A stretch of DNA of 59,810 nt from Gammaproteobacteria bacterium (GTDB taxonomy: Bacteria; Pseudomonadota; Gammaproteobacteria; Eutrophobiales; Eutrophobiaceae): NCBI GenBank assembly GCA_046757565.1, contig JBHHYN010000005.1, positions 1 to 59,810 of the forward strand, in the 5' to 3' direction. The notes under the pieces are model-generated. The model worked only from the letters and a program-made list of their open reading frames with translations, was not told the origin of the DNA and ran no database searches. Positions 32,301 through 43,620 of this stretch are shown here, one piece after another (within the stretch, counting starts at the first letter, position 1; every line of letters begins with the position of its first letter). A program made the position numbers and the translations under genes.

Positions 32301-33384
32301 TAATGGCCTCCATACATAAGTTCCCGACCTCACGGGTTGCATGCGGCAAAGCGACTTTTCTCGCCCGTTGCGCCATCTCCAGAAGTCGCTTCCGGGCCCT
32401 GGAAAATTCACATAATAATAATGCCAGACGTTTCTCCTCCAACTCGGGTTCCGGGATAAGCACCGCACACCCTTTATCGCTGAGGCGCCGTGCATTCGCT
32501 GTTTGATGATCATCGGCGGCATATGAGTAGGGGATCAGGATTGAAGCGACACCCACCACGCATAATTCGGCAATCGTCAAGGCACCGGCACGGCACAAAA
32601 CGAGGTCCGCCCACCCGTATGCTTCGCCCATATCGTCAATATAGGGATCGATGCGAATCTGATGTCCTTGTAATAGCGGGTCATAACTGGCTTTGGTTTT
32701 GATGAAATGCCGACTGCCGGTCTGATGCCACACCTGTATATTCATATCCTCTTGCAAATATGAGAACGCGGCGGGTACTTTTTCATTCAATATCCTGGCC
32801 CCTTGACTGCCCCCAAGCACCAACAAGCGCATACTGTCATGCTTCCGTCCAGACAGCCGTTGTTCCGGCCCCGGTAACAAGTTGAGTTCACTGCGCACCG
32901 GGTTTCCCGTAGTCCGGATCCGCGCACCGGTTTTGAAGGTTCCAGGGAACCCTTGCATGACTATTTTTGCCATGGGGGCAAGCAGCCGGTTTGTCAGTCC
33001 CGCAATGGAGTTCTGTTCATGGATATACAGAGGAATCCGAAGTATCCAGGCGGCAACTCCACCCGGGCCGCTTACAAACCCACCCATACCCAGCACGATC
33101 CCGGGTCTGGTGCGAAGCAGGATATGCGTTGCCTGAATAATGGCCATCAGTAACATGAAAGGGGCAGACAACCACCTGAGAATGCCCTTGCCGCGAAGGC
33201 CGCTTATCCTGATAGTAAATAAACCGTATCCTTTCTCCGGCGCAACACGCGCCTCTAATCCGGTTGCTGTCCCCAGCCAAAGGACAGGGACCCCCTTCCC
33301 GCGCAGGTACTCCGCAACAGCCAGCGCCGGATACACATGGCCCCCTGTTCCACCCGCCATAATTAAAACCGGTTTATGTGGCAT
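32293..33384 (-). CDS. murG: Lipid II GlcNAc transferase
   Basis: AGGTGGHVYP, HEQN, GNPVR, GGSQGA, RAGALT. Confidence 0.96.
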   Translation of the reverse strand: MPHKPVLIMAGGTGGHVYPALAVAEYLRGKGVPVLWLGTATGLEARVAPEKGYGLFTIRISGLRGKGILRWLSAPFMLLMAIIQATHILLRTRPGIVLGMGGFVSGPGGVAAWILRIPLYIHEQNSIAGLTNRLLAPMAKIVMQGFPGTFKTGARIRTTGNPVRSELNLLPGPEQRLSGRKHDSMRLLVLGGSQGARILNEKVPAAFSYLQEDMNIQVWHQTGSRHFIKTKASYDPLLQGHQIRIDPYIDDMGEAYGWADLVLCRAGALTIAELCVVGVASILIPYSYAADDHQTANARRLSDKGCAVLIPEPELEEKRLALLLCEFSRARKRLLEMAQRARKVALPHATREVGNLCMEAINV

Positions 33385-34570
33385 AGTTCTTTATCACCCT
33401 GGGGGTCTCTTCCTTCCTTGACAGATGATTTTCGAATTCGATTCGGACCAACATTGCAATCAATACACAGCTACTCACCATACTATTACCACCATAGCTC
33501 ATCAGGGGAAGTGTGAGTCCCTTGGTAGGCAGGATCCCCATATTGACCCCGATATTTACAAACGCCTGCATACCGATCACCAGCCCAATCCCGTAGGCCA
33601 TATAGGCTGCAAATTGTTTTCCAAGATACTCCGCAATCTGGGCTATGACAAAAGCGCGCCAGATAATGAAAAAGAACAGAAGTATTACCAGGATACTGCC
33701 AAAAATACCAAGTTCCTCAGCCAGCACTGCAAATACAAAATCCGTATGTGCCTCCGGAAGATAAAACAGTTTTTGCACACTGCTGCCCAGACCCACTCCA
33801 AACCAATCCCCCCGGCCAAATGCGATAAGGGCCTGGGTCAATTGAAAACCACTGTTAAAGGGATCCTGCCAGGGATCAAGAAAACTGGTAAGCCGTTGCA
33901 TGCGATATGGGGAAACCACGGCCAGGCTCCCAAGCGCTATACAAGCAGTCAACACCCAGGCAAAAAACCTGCCGAGGGGTACTCCCCCCATAAATAACAT
34001 GCCCAAGGCCGTTGCGAACAAGACAACCGCCGTGCCATAGTCAGGTTCCAGCAATAACAGGGCGGCAATCAGCGTAACGACGCCAACAGGTGTTATAAAA
34101 CCGGCGAAACTGCTCTTCACTTTTTCACCATGGCGAACCATATAACCGGCAAGGTAGGTAATAATGAAGATCTTCAAGGGTTCCGAAGCTTGCAAGCTTA
34201 CCGGTCCGAAATTAATCCAGCGCAAGCTTCCGTTCACCTCATTGCCCATCCCAGGAACCAGGACAAGAATTAAAAGGAATGTCCCTAAAAGCAGTAAATA
34301 AATGCTGATCCGCTCCCAGAAGATAAGCGGTATCCAGATAATTACGCATGCAAAAACAAGTCCCAGCACAACTGCTATCGCCTGCCGCCAGAAAAAGTGA
34401 AGCGGTTCGCCATAAAGGCGGTCGGCGATGGTTATGGACGATGAAGCAACGATTATCAATCCAAAAAAGATTATGAAGAGGACAGTACTGATTAACCAGA
34501 AATCATAGTGTGGAGCCTGTTTGCCCGTTCGTAAGGCCTGCGCTTGCTTGATGATCCGTTGACGTGACAT
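33374..34570 (-). CDS. ftsW: SEDS peptidoglycan glycosyltransferase FtsW
   Basis: Multi-TM; LPEAHTDF, LPTKGLTLP..SYGG; dcw position. Confidence 0.96.
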   Translation of the reverse strand: MSRQRIIKQAQALRTGKQAPHYDFWLISTVLFIIFFGLIIVASSSITIADRLYGEPLHFFWRQAIAVVLGLVFACVIIWIPLIFWERISIYLLLLGTFLLILVLVPGMGNEVNGSLRWINFGPVSLQASEPLKIFIITYLAGYMVRHGEKVKSSFAGFITPVGVVTLIAALLLLEPDYGTAVVLFATALGMLFMGGVPLGRFFAWVLTACIALGSLAVVSPYRMQRLTSFLDPWQDPFNSGFQLTQALIAFGRGDWFGVGLGSSVQKLFYLPEAHTDFVFAVLAEELGIFGSILVILLFFFIIWRAFVIAQIAEYLGKQFAAYMAYGIGLVIGMQAFVNIGVNMGILPTKGLTLPLMSYGGNSMVSSCVLIAMLVRIEFENHLSRKEETPRVIKNYAT

Positions 34571-34575
34571 GACAG

Positions 34576-35955
34576 TTAGCTGCGCTCCAGCTCACCGACA
34601 GCCCGGATGAATGCATCACCACGCGCCCGGTAATCGATAAACATGTCAAAACTGGCGCATGCCGGCGATAGCAGAACAGCATCGCCGGCCTGAGCCAGAT
34701 CCGCCGCGGCGAATACCGCTGCATCCAAAGCCGTAGCAAAATATACCGGAACGACATCTTTAAAGGCCTGTGCAAGCAGATTTGCATCACGGCCGATGAG
34801 GATGACCGCCCGGACTCTGTCCCTGGCAACATCCGCCAGTCTGGTAAAATCCGCACCCTTCCCTATTCCGCCGGCAATAAGAATCAAATCATGCTGCCCT
34901 GACAGACTTCCGATGGCTGCACAGCTCGCACCGACATTTGTCCCCTTGGAATCATCATACCAGTCCACCCCTTTAATGTTGGCAATCCACCGACAGCGAT
35001 GGGGCAATCCGGGAAATCTTTTCAGTACATCCAGCATTTTCTCCATTGGTAAACCAATGATGCTTCCCAATGCCAGTGCGGCAAGGCAGTTGGAAATATT
35101 ATGATCGCCCTGAACAGGTAAATCGGAAACGGCCATCAAGCCGGTTTCACCGTAGACAAGCATGCGCTCTCCATTCACATCATGGACGCTGAATATTCCT
35201 GCTCCGGATTCAGTGACGCTATAACAAACCGAGTCCCGGCCTCTCCTGTCGATAGCGATTGTGATCTCATCATCAAGATTGATCACCATCGTCCCGTCGC
35301 CGGCATATATCTTCGTCTTTGCAAGGGAGTAATCACGGATGCCACTGTAACGATCCATATGGTCCTCCGTAATATTGAGAACAACAGCCGCAACAGCATT
35401 CAGTGAACAGACTGTCTCCAGCTGGAAACTGGAAAGTTCCAATACGTAGAAATCAGGTGTTTCACTCCGGATCAGATCCAGCACCGGCGTGCCTATGTTG
35501 CCTCCCAGTGCGGCGTGTTTGCCTGAAGCGTTTATCATCTCATACAGGAGGCTCGCCACAGTGCTCTTGCCGTTGGAACCGGTGATGGCAATGATTGGCG
35601 TGCTGACATGCCGGCAAAACAATTCCACATCACCCGTAACCTGCACGCCTTGTTCAATAGCGGTCTCAATGGCGGGGTCGGACAGAGCGACACCCGGACT
35701 CACTATTAACCGGTGGGCGGCGCATAACATATGTTTATCAAACGTTCCAAGATAAACGGGCACATCCGGATATATGCTTTGCAAGCTTTCGAGTTCAGTA
35801 GGTTTGCTTCGGTTATCAGCAACAGCAAATGACTCGCCCTTTGCAGACAGGTATCTGACACAGGACATACCCGTTGTACCGAGACCGATAATGACCGTAT
35901 CGAATTGTTCTTTTTTCCTCACCATAGATTGACTGTTTACAAATACACTATTCAT
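34576..35955 (-). CDS. murD: UDP-MurNAc-L-Ala--D-glutamate ligase
   Basis: GSNGKST, ELSSFQL, DHMDRY, DSKGTN, SPACASFD. Confidence 0.96.
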   Translation of the reverse strand: MNSVFVNSQSMVRKKEQFDTVIIGLGTTGMSCVRYLSAKGESFAVADNRSKPTELESLQSIYPDVPVYLGTFDKHMLCAAHRLIVSPGVALSDPAIETAIEQGVQVTGDVELFCRHVSTPIIAITGSNGKSTVASLLYEMINASGKHAALGGNIGTPVLDLIRSETPDFYVLELSSFQLETVCSLNAVAAVVLNITEDHMDRYSGIRDYSLAKTKIYAGDGTMVINLDDEITIAIDRRGRDSVCYSVTESGAGIFSVHDVNGERMLVYGETGLMAVSDLPVQGDHNISNCLAALALGSIIGLPMEKMLDVLKRFPGLPHRCRWIANIKGVDWYDDSKGTNVGASCAAIGSLSGQHDLILIAGGIGKGADFTRLADVARDRVRAVILIGRDANLLAQAFKDVVPVYFATALDAAVFAAADLAQAGDAVLLSPACASFDMFIDYRARGDAFIRAVGELERS

Positions 35956-35965
35956 TGCCGGAACA

Positions 35966-37048
35966 TCAGCGAATTTTCAGACTGGCCAGTCCAACCAGGA
36001 CCAGAATGAAGGTAATTATCCAGAAACGGACTATGACCCGGGGTTCCGGCCATCCCTTTAATTCATAATGATGATGTAATGGCGCCATATGAAAGATCCG
36101 TTTGCCTGTAAGCTTATAGGAACTCACCTGTAATATGACTGACACCGTTTCCATCACGAACACACCACCCATAATGAACAACACCAGTTCCTGTCTGACG
36201 ACTACGGCCACCACGCCCAGGGCGGCCCCCAGAGCCAGCGCACCGATATCTCCCATAAATACCTGCGCGGGATAGGTGTTAAACCACAGGAAACCAAGGC
36301 CCGATCCGACAATCGCGCCACAGAAAATAGAGACCTCGCCAACCCCGGCGATATATGGAATACCGAGGTATTTCGCGAAATTTACATGACCCGTCATATA
36401 GGCAAATATCGCCAGTGCACCGGCAACCATTACCGTTGGCAAGATAGCCAAACCATCCAGACCATCGGTCAGATTGACCGCATTGCTTGAACCCACAATG
36501 ACAAAGTAACTCAGTACGATGAAGGCCAGACCCAGGTTAAGGTTGACCGACTTGATAAAAGGCAGGATCAACTGGGTTTCATTCGCCGTCTTTGCAGTCA
36601 TGAATAAAAAAATCGCTGCACTCAAACCTGCGACCGATTGCCAGAAATACTTCCATTTAGGGGAAAGGCCGGTTGGGTCACGCCGGACAATCTTCCTGTA
36701 ATCGTCAGCCCAGCCAATAACCCCGAATGCCAGGGTCACCAGAAATACTACCCAGATAAAGCGGTTACTGAGATCCGCCCAACACAGGGTACTGAAGGCA
36801 ATGGAGATCAGTATCAATAATCCGCCCATAGTAGGCGTGCCGGCTTTTCCCAGGTGCGATTCCGGACCATCGTCGCGTACCGTCTGCCCAATCTGGTATT
36901 TATTCAGCGATCGGATCAACACCGGTCCCACAAGCAATGAGATAAAAAGTGAGGTCAATGCACCCAGAATAGTGCGCATGGTGATGTACTGAAAGACATT
37001 GAATCCTGAATAAAATTGCGCCAGGTATTCTGTCAACCAGAGCAGCAT
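35966..37048 (-). CDS. mraY: Phospho-MurNAc-pentapeptide transferase
   Basis: 360 aa; [32 protein letters not shown]. Confidence 0.97.
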   Translation of the reverse strand: MLLWLTEYLAQFYSGFNVFQYITMRTILGALTSLFISLLVGPVLIRSLNKYQIGQTVRDDGPESHLGKAGTPTMGGLLILISIAFSTLCWADLSNRFIWVVFLVTLAFGVIGWADDYRKIVRRDPTGLSPKWKYFWQSVAGLSAAIFLFMTAKTANETQLILPFIKSVNLNLGLAFIVLSYFVIVGSSNAVNLTDGLDGLAILPTVMVAGALAIFAYMTGHVNFAKYLGIPYIAGVGEVSIFCGAIVGSGLGFLWFNTYPAQVFMGDIGALALGAALGVVAVVVRQELVLFIMGGVFVMETVSVILQVSSYKLTGKRIFHMAPLHHHYELKGWPEPRVIVRFWIITFILVLVGLASLKIR

Positions 37049-37049
37049 G

Positions 37050-38405
37050 TCAGCACTCCTCCGTCAACGCAGTCACGATGTTCTCCATGGCCATTGCTCT
37101 TGAACCCTTCACCAATACTGTGACGCTCTCATCCATAGTTGCGCGTAAACACTCTATTAACGCATCTTCATCGGAAAAGTGTCTGGCCCCGTTACCGAAA
37201 CCCTCTACGGCATGTTTGCTGAGTTGTCCCAATGCATAAAGTCTTTCGACACCACTGGCCCGGGCTACCTCACCGGCATGCCGATGTAATGACGGCGCTG
37301 ATACTCCCAACTCACCCATGTCTCCCAGTACCAGCCAACGTCTGCCTGAATGACTGCTGAGGACTTTCAGCGCCGCTTCGAGTGATGCCGGGTTCGCATT
37401 ATAGGTATCATCGTAGACAGATGATTGATTAAAACCTTTCATGAACCGAAGCCGCCCCTTGAAAGGCTGTAGCATCTCCAGCCCTGTCTTGATTAAGTCA
37501 AGCGGTATATCGATAGCTGTACAGCATGCGGCCGCGGCAAGGGCATTATAAATATTATGTTGTCCGGGTAACGAAAGTTGCACATCAATTTCACCCGCCG
37601 GTGAATGCAGCCGAAAACGCTCTTTGACGGTACTTTTATCAAAATGAATTTGATCGGCGCAGACATCCGCATCATGTTCGATCCCAAAACTGATTTGCCT
37701 GTAAGGGGTGGCCTTACGCATCCATATGGCAGCATAACTATCATCAGCATTGACGATGGCAATTCCATCAGCCGCCAGACCCTGAAAAATTTCAGCCTTC
37801 GCCAGGGCAACACCCTCGACCGAGCCAAAACCCTCCAGGTGTGCTGCTGCACATTGGGTAATGAGTGCCACAGTGGGGTTTGTCATATTGCTGAGGCAGG
37901 CAATTTCACCCTTGTGATTAGCGCCCATTTCAATAACCGCATACCGATGTTCATGGCCCAAACCGAACAGGGTCAGCGGCACACCGATATCATTATTGAG
38001 GTTACCCCGTGTTGACAATACTGGCGCCTGCCGGATCAGGATGGAAGAAAGCATCTCCTTTACTGTTGTCTTACCGTTACTCCCGGTCACGGCTACCAAC
38101 GGAATATCGAAATGTTGCCGCCACAGTCCGGCGATTCGGCCCATTGCTTTGCGCGAATTATCAACAATCACCAGCGGCAACGAGACATGGTCCAGCGTTC
38201 TTTCCACCAATGCGGCACATGCCCCTCTCGCGCTTGCCTGGGTAACAAATTCATGACCATCAAAACGGGCTCCATGCAAGGCGATAAACATCTCTCCAGG
38301 CTTCACGGAGCGGCTGTCCGTATTACACCCTGTGAACCAGGCATCTTCCCCCACGAGTGTTGCCTCCAACGAATCCGCAAGCTCTGTGAGTGGCATGTTT
38401 ATCAC
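37050..38405 (-). CDS. murF: UDP-MurNAc-tripeptide--D-Ala-D-Ala ligase
   Basis: [37 protein letters not shown]. Confidence 0.96.
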   Translation of the reverse strand: MINMPLTELADSLEATLVGEDAWFTGCNTDSRSVKPGEMFIALHGARFDGHEFVTQASARGACAALVERTLDHVSLPLVIVDNSRKAMGRIAGLWRQHFDIPLVAVTGSNGKTTVKEMLSSILIRQAPVLSTRGNLNNDIGVPLTLFGLGHEHRYAVIEMGANHKGEIACLSNMTNPTVALITQCAAAHLEGFGSVEGVALAKAEIFQGLAADGIAIVNADDSYAAIWMRKATPYRQISFGIEHDADVCADQIHFDKSTVKERFRLHSPAGEIDVQLSLPGQHNIYNALAAAACCTAIDIPLDLIKTGLEMLQPFKGRLRFMKGFNQSSVYDDTYNANPASLEAALKVLSSHSGRRWLVLGDMGELGVSAPSLHRHAGEVARASGVERLYALGQLSKHAVEGFGNGARHFSDEDALIECLRATMDESVTVLVKGSRAMAMENIVTALTEEC

Positions 38406-39925
38406 GGTTTTCTCTCCAGAAGATTACGCACCAACTGCCTGTCACTGAATGGATAACGTCTGGCTGATATCTCCTGGTAGGTTTCATGCCCTTTCCCGGC
38501 AATCAAGACAATATCGTTCGCTGCAGCCGATCGAATTGCCGCGGAGATGGCCCTGGTACGATCGGATTCAACCAGAACCGCTTCATCCCGGTTAATCCCG
38601 GCGATAATATCCTGAATAATCGCCTTCGGATCTTCTCCTCTTGGGTTATCATTAGTCAGCACAATTTGATCGGCATATTGCTCTGCAAGTCTCCCCATGT
38701 GTGGCCGTTTACCCTTGTCTCTTTCACCCCCACAGCCAAATACGCAGACAAGACGGCCTTGACACTGTACGCGCAAACCTGACAAAACATTCTCAAGTGC
38801 GTCCGGTGTATGCGCATAATCAACGATGACCAGGGGATCCCCTTTCCCGCCAAAATTCTCCATACGCCCGGGCACACAGGAGACACGGGATAACCGCTCC
38901 AACGCCTCAGGGAAAGGGACATCCAACAGGCACAGTGCGGACAGGCAGGCAAGTAAATTATAGGCATTAAAACGGCCACCCACCCGGCAACACAACCGTC
39001 CACGGCCCCAGGGAGTGTTGATATCCAGATCCGTAACATCGGAACATTCATTATGGATAACAGCTGTAACAGAAGACCGTAGTCCGGTCATATCGGCTGG
39101 AAACTCGTCGACCAAACCATATCCAATGACCGGCAAACTATCACTCAATTCTTCCAGTAGTGTCCTGCCATATTCATCATCACTGTTAATTACCGCAAAC
39201 TTCAGACCCCTGGAAAGAAACAGTTGCTTCTTTGCCTGTGCATAGGTATCCATGTCACCATGGTAATCGAGGTGTTCATGACTCAGATTGGTGAAGATAG
39301 CAATACCAAAACGCAAACCACTGACACGTCCCTGGTCAAGACCGTGTGATGAAACCTCCACCATAGCAGTATTGATACCCTGATCACGCATCTGTGATAA
39401 GGTACTCTGCAGGGTGATCGGATCCGGAGTAGTATTTCTTGCTGGATGAAGCCGCTCGAACGGACCATAACCCAGTGTGCCAATCAATCCGGTTGTTTTA
39501 TCTTTATAACCTGCCAGCGCCTGTGCAAGAAAATGAGAGACTGATGTTTTACCGTTCGTCCCGGTTATACCGATGACATCAAGATCTTCAGCCGGCTGGC
39601 CATAAAATCGCGCAGCAATAATGCCTGCCCTGTGCCGGAGATCGTTGACGGGAATGACCGGCACATCCAGTCCCTGATCGTCACACGCAAGTTCAGCCTC
39701 AATGGCAATGGCGGCGGCTCCTGCTTTCACTGCGTCATGCGTATACTCGGCACCACAGGTATTGGTACCATGACATGCAAGAAAGAGATCTCCCTGACTT
39801 GTCTTGCGACTGTCTATACTTATCCCTGTAATTTCCCGGTTGGTATCCATGGGATATTCAGTCAACCCGGCGAGCAGGTTGTTTAATAATAATCCACGTG
39901 TCGATTCGTGTAGCGCCATCATCAC
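38402..39925 (-). CDS. murE: UDP-MurNAc-dipeptide--meso-DAP ligase
   Basis: TGTNGKT, TTPD, EVSSH, HLDYH, DYAHTPD, DNPR (DAP-specific), GKGHE. Confidence 0.96.
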   Translation of the reverse strand: MMMALHESTRGLLLNNLLAGLTEYPMDTNREITGISIDSRKTSQGDLFLACHGTNTCGAEYTHDAVKAGAAAIAIEAELACDDQGLDVPVIPVNDLRHRAGIIAARFYGQPAEDLDVIGITGTNGKTSVSHFLAQALAGYKDKTTGLIGTLGYGPFERLHPARNTTPDPITLQSTLSQMRDQGINTAMVEVSSHGLDQGRVSGLRFGIAIFTNLSHEHLDYHGDMDTYAQAKKQLFLSRGLKFAVINSDDEYGRTLLEELSDSLPVIGYGLVDEFPADMTGLRSSVTAVIHNECSDVTDLDINTPWGRGRLCCRVGGRFNAYNLLACLSALCLLDVPFPEALERLSRVSCVPGRMENFGGKGDPLVIVDYAHTPDALENVLSGLRVQCQGRLVCVFGCGGERDKGKRPHMGRLAEQYADQIVLTNDNPRGEDPKAIIQDIIAGINRDEAVLVESDRTRAISAAIRSAAANDIVLIAGKGHETYQEISARRYPFSDRQLVRNLLERKP

Positions 39926-41655
39926 TTGAGATTCCAGGGTAAAGGATCGCTGTTATGCGCCATTATTATCTGTCCGTTGGTAGAAGACAGATCATCCGGA
40001 GGGACATTCAATATCCGCAATGCTCCTTTCATGACCCTTGAAAATACCGGGGCTGCAACCTGACCTCCATAGTATTCACTGCCTTGTGGTTCGTCTATGA
40101 TCACTACAAGCACCAATCTTGGGTCGCTTGCCGGTGCCATACCTGAAAACAGAGACATGTAACGATCTTCCGCATAACCTCCGATAGAAGATTTGTGCAC
40201 AGTGCCCGTTTTACCGGCCACCCGGTAACCCTTTACCGCGGCACGCTGTCCCGTACCCCCTCGCATCACTACGGCCTCTATCATGTCCTTAACCTGCCTT
40301 GCAATTACGGCCGGAATGATCCGTTTCGCCTGTAGTGGTTTATCAACTTTCAAAAAGGATACCGGTCTTGACAAACCTTCAGCGGCAATAATCGAGTAAG
40401 CATGCGCCAACTGCAACGCCGTGACGGAGACACCATAACCAAAGGCAATCGTTGCCAGTTCCAGTTCGGACCAATTGCGATAATTGTTCAGGATACCCGC
40501 TGATTCTCCTGGAAATCCGCTGCCTGTATCCCGGCCAAACCCGATATTCGAAAACATCTCCCAGATTTTACGTGGACCCAGCGATAACGCTATCTTGCCT
40601 GCCCCGACATTACTTGATTTCCTGATGACGGTGGAGACATCAATATCACCGTAATTCCTCGCATCTCTAATAGCATGTCCATTCACCTTGAAATAACCAG
40701 GTTGTGTATCAATCCTTGTGCCGGGTTGATACATCCCTGATAGCAATGCGGCTGCAATGGTAAACGGTTTCATGGTAGAACCTGGCTCAAATACGTCCGT
40801 CACGATGCGGTTCCGGTATACATTACTTTTCATACCGCTACGATTATTCGGGTTATAGGATGGCTGCCCGACCAGCGCCATGACCTCTCCAGTTTTGGCA
40901 TCCAACATAACCAGCATACCGCCATGGGCATTGTGGTCGGTAACGGCTGTCTTAAGCTCGCGGTAAGCGAGATATTGAACACGCTGGTCAATGCTTAATG
41001 TCAACTGCTTGCCGGGATCGCTTGAATGAATACTCTCGACATCCTGGACGATATGTCCGAGCCTGTCCTTCAGCACTCTTTTCGAACCCGGAGATCCTCG
41101 TAACCAGTGGTCATAGGCAAGCTCCATGCCTTCCTGCCCGACATCGTCAACATTGGTAAAACCGATGATATGCGCAGTGACCTCTCCGGCCGGATAATAA
41201 CGTTTATATTCCTGCTGTAAATGTACTCCAGGGATGGAAAGAGATTGAATGGCGCGCGCCTGATCAGGCGTTACATGCCTTTTCAGATAAACAAACTCTC
41301 TGCCGATACGATCCTCGAGCTGCTTTTTCAATGATTGGACTTCCATGCCAAGCGCAGCAGCAAGAACCTGCAAACCATGTCCTTCTGTTAATACCTTGTG
41401 AGGGACCGCCCACACGGATTTTACCGGCGTACTAATGGCCAGTGGTTCGTTGTTTCGATCAACTATTGCGCCCCTGTGTGCATGCACTGTGACTACGCGC
41501 AGCGAGCGGGCATCTCCGTGATTACGCAGAAAGTCATTTCTAAGAAGCTGCAATTCCATAGCGCGCCAAAGCAACAGTGCCATCACTGCCATAAAACCGG
41601 TAAGTAACAACCAGCGTCTGGCCGTAAACACAGTTATGCTTTCTTGATTAGTCAT
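39922..41655 (-). CDS. ftsI: Penicillin-binding protein 3
   Basis: EPGSTMK (SxxK), SSN, KTG; N-terminal TM. Confidence 0.96.
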   Translation of the reverse strand: MTNQESITVFTARRWLLLTGFMAVMALLLWRAMELQLLRNDFLRNHGDARSLRVVTVHAHRGAIVDRNNEPLAISTPVKSVWAVPHKVLTEGHGLQVLAAALGMEVQSLKKQLEDRIGREFVYLKRHVTPDQARAIQSLSIPGVHLQQEYKRYYPAGEVTAHIIGFTNVDDVGQEGMELAYDHWLRGSPGSKRVLKDRLGHIVQDVESIHSSDPGKQLTLSIDQRVQYLAYRELKTAVTDHNAHGGMLVMLDAKTGEVMALVGQPSYNPNNRSGMKSNVYRNRIVTDVFEPGSTMKPFTIAAALLSGMYQPGTRIDTQPGYFKVNGHAIRDARNYGDIDVSTVIRKSSNVGAGKIALSLGPRKIWEMFSNIGFGRDTGSGFPGESAGILNNYRNWSELELATIAFGYGVSVTALQLAHAYSIIAAEGLSRPVSFLKVDKPLQAKRIIPAVIARQVKDMIEAVVMRGGTGQRAAVKGYRVAGKTGTVHKSSIGGYAEDRYMSLFSGMAPASDPRLVLVVIIDEPQGSEYYGGQVAAPVFSRVMKGALRILNVPPDDLSSTNGQIIMAHNSDPLPWNLK

Positions 41656-41915
41656 TCCACTAATAAAACCAATGACTTCATTTCGGGCTCAATCATGCCC
41701 AGTTTCTTGCGGGCCAGGCTTTCTATCCGGTCATCTGTCGCCCAGGTACTCTGTTCCAGTTGTAATCTGCCCCATTCTTCATTAAGCTGATCTCTTGTCT
41801 GCTCAAGATCCCGGATCTCTACAAAGAGTTTCCGCGCCTGATGCTGCACCAGGACGATCTCCAGAGCGGACATGAATACAGCTACCCCCAGAAGCAATGT
41901 GACAAGGATTTTCAT
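41652..41915 (-). CDS. ftsL: Cell division protein FtsL
   Basis: 87 aa, TM plus coiled coil EWGRLQLEQSTWA..RIE..AR..LGM; between rsmH and ftsI. Confidence 0.92.
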   Translation of the reverse strand: MKILVTLLLGVAVFMSALEIVLVQHQARKLFVEIRDLEQTRDQLNEEWGRLQLEQSTWATDDRIESLARKKLGMIEPEMKSLVLLVE

Positions 41916-42853
41916 GCAGCAATTTTCTCAGCAATCCTGAGTACGGCGCTACGCGCCCGGGGGTTTCGTTCTATCTCTTCCTTTGATGGCTTTATCGCTT
42001 TTCCGATAATCCTGAGATCCGGCATGAGTTCATCGACAGTAACAGGCAAATCCGGCGGGTAGCGATCTCCCAGCGCACCCTCCTGCATAAACCTCTTTAC
42101 TATCCTGTCTTCAAGGGAATGGAAACTGATGACGAGTAATCTCCCTCCCGGGCGTAGTACGTCTTTAACCTGTTTCAATACCGTTCGTAACTCTTCGATT
42201 TCATTATTGATATATATACGAATGGCCTGAAAGGACCGGGTTGCCGGGTCTTTTTTGCGTTCACGGGAAGGTACGGCCCCGGCAATAATCCTTGCCAATC
42301 GGGCAGTCCGGGTGAGTGGGGATTCTGCTCTGGCCTTTACGATTGCTGCGGCGATGCGGCGCGAATACCGCTCTTCTCCATACATACGTAACACCCCGGC
42401 AATCTCCCTTTGTCCAGCCTGATTGATCCATTCGGCTGCACTCATACCGGAATCCGGATCCATCCTCATATCCAGATCCCCGTCCCGCAGGAAACTGAAA
42501 CCATGCTCGGGATCATCAAGTTGCGGTGACGATACCCCGAGATCAAACACCACACCATCAACCCCGGCCAACATCCCCAACTTTCCCACTTCATTCACCA
42601 GAGCGGTATATGTCCCCCGCACGCAAGTAACACGCCGGTCAGAGGCAAACCGGTTTTGCGCCGAAATAATTGCCTCAGGATCTTTATCGAAAACAAGCAA
42701 GCGGCCGTGGCTGCCAAGTGACTCCAAGATCGCTTTACTATGACCACCACGCCCGAATGTGCAATCAACATAGAATCCATCCGGTCGGAGTTTCAGACCA
42801 TTTAACACTTCATCCAACAGTACAGGTGTATGCCCGTATTCATTTAACGTCAT
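41912..42853 (-). CDS. rsmH: 16S rRNA m4C1402 methyltransferase
   Basis: HTPVLL, DCTFGRGGHS, DLGVSSPQLD, LDMRMD, SFHSLEDR, NPRARSA. Confidence 0.97.
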   Translation of the reverse strand: MTLNEYGHTPVLLDEVLNGLKLRPDGFYVDCTFGRGGHSKAILESLGSHGRLLVFDKDPEAIISAQNRFASDRRVTCVRGTYTALVNEVGKLGMLAGVDGVVFDLGVSSPQLDDPEHGFSFLRDGDLDMRMDPDSGMSAAEWINQAGQREIAGVLRMYGEERYSRRIAAAIVKARAESPLTRTARLARIIAGAVPSRERKKDPATRSFQAIRIYINNEIEELRTVLKQVKDVLRPGGRLLVISFHSLEDRIVKRFMQEGALGDRYPPDLPVTVDELMPDLRIIGKAIKPSKEEIERNPRARSAVLRIAEKIAA

Positions 42854-42883
42854 CAAACAAAGAACTTAAATATAAGCACTGTG

Positions 42884-43342
42884 CTAAAGAGATAATGTTT
42901 TCAAGGACTCGGATGGCTCTCCGCCATCATCATCCAATTGTGATAACCACTGATCCCGTTGTTCTTCCCAGGTCGCCTGGTTCCAGACCTCAAATTTATT
43001 ACCCTGCCCGAAAATGACCGCCTGTTTGTGCAGATACGCATAATCACGTAACTCTTGAGGGATTAAAATCCTGCCCTGTGCATCCATTTGACAATCATTG
43101 GCGTAACCGCGCATCATTTGCTTGGCCCGGCGGCCTCGTTTATCGAAATCAGAAAGTGCAGCCAGCTTGGATTCAATCAGTTCCCAGTCAATCAGCGGAT
43201 AGAGCCAAAGCGCCCGATCCAGAGGATTGAGTGTTTGCACAATATTACCCTCGGAGGCAGTCAGCAGCCGTTGCCGGAAACGGCTTGGGATAGTCATACG
43301 TCCCTTACTGTCTATGCTGACTGTGCTAAATCCCCGAAACAC
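42884..43342 (-). CDS. mraZ: Transcriptional regulator MraZ
   Basis: MFRG....IDSKGR and MDAQGRILIP (two DxxGR motifs); first gene of the dcw cluster. Confidence 0.96.
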   Translation of the reverse strand: MFRGFSTVSIDSKGRMTIPSRFRQRLLTASEGNIVQTLNPLDRALWLYPLIDWELIESKLAALSDFDKRGRRAKQMMRGYANDCQMDAQGRILIPQELRDYAYLHKQAVIFGQGNKFEVWNQATWEEQRDQWLSQLDDDGGEPSESLKTLSL

Positions 43343-43369
43343 GTAAAACCCCCAATTTTATTAATATTT

Positions 43370-43431
43370 ACCACATTTACCCACTTTTCCCCACCGTAAG
43401 AACTATAGGTAGTTGTGATCCATTGTGTCAA
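43370..43431 (-). promoter_or_regulatory. dcw promoter with MraZ binding repeats
   Basis: Minus strand TTGACA-N18-TATAGT followed by three GTGG(G) direct repeats at 10-bp spacing (CCAC at 43371, 43381, 43391). Confidence 0.8.
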
Positions 43432-43620
43432 GCAAATATTGCGATCTTCTGACGGAAATCTGTCTTATTTAACAGATACTTATGTAGGATCAGCGGTTAA
43501 AAACGATGAAAATTGGGGAGTTTTGAGATATAAGTCTTTTTATATCATAATGTTGAAAAACATAGTTAATGTAAAACTATAATAACAGGCTGAGGACTGT
43601 TGCAATTGAGTAGCATAGAT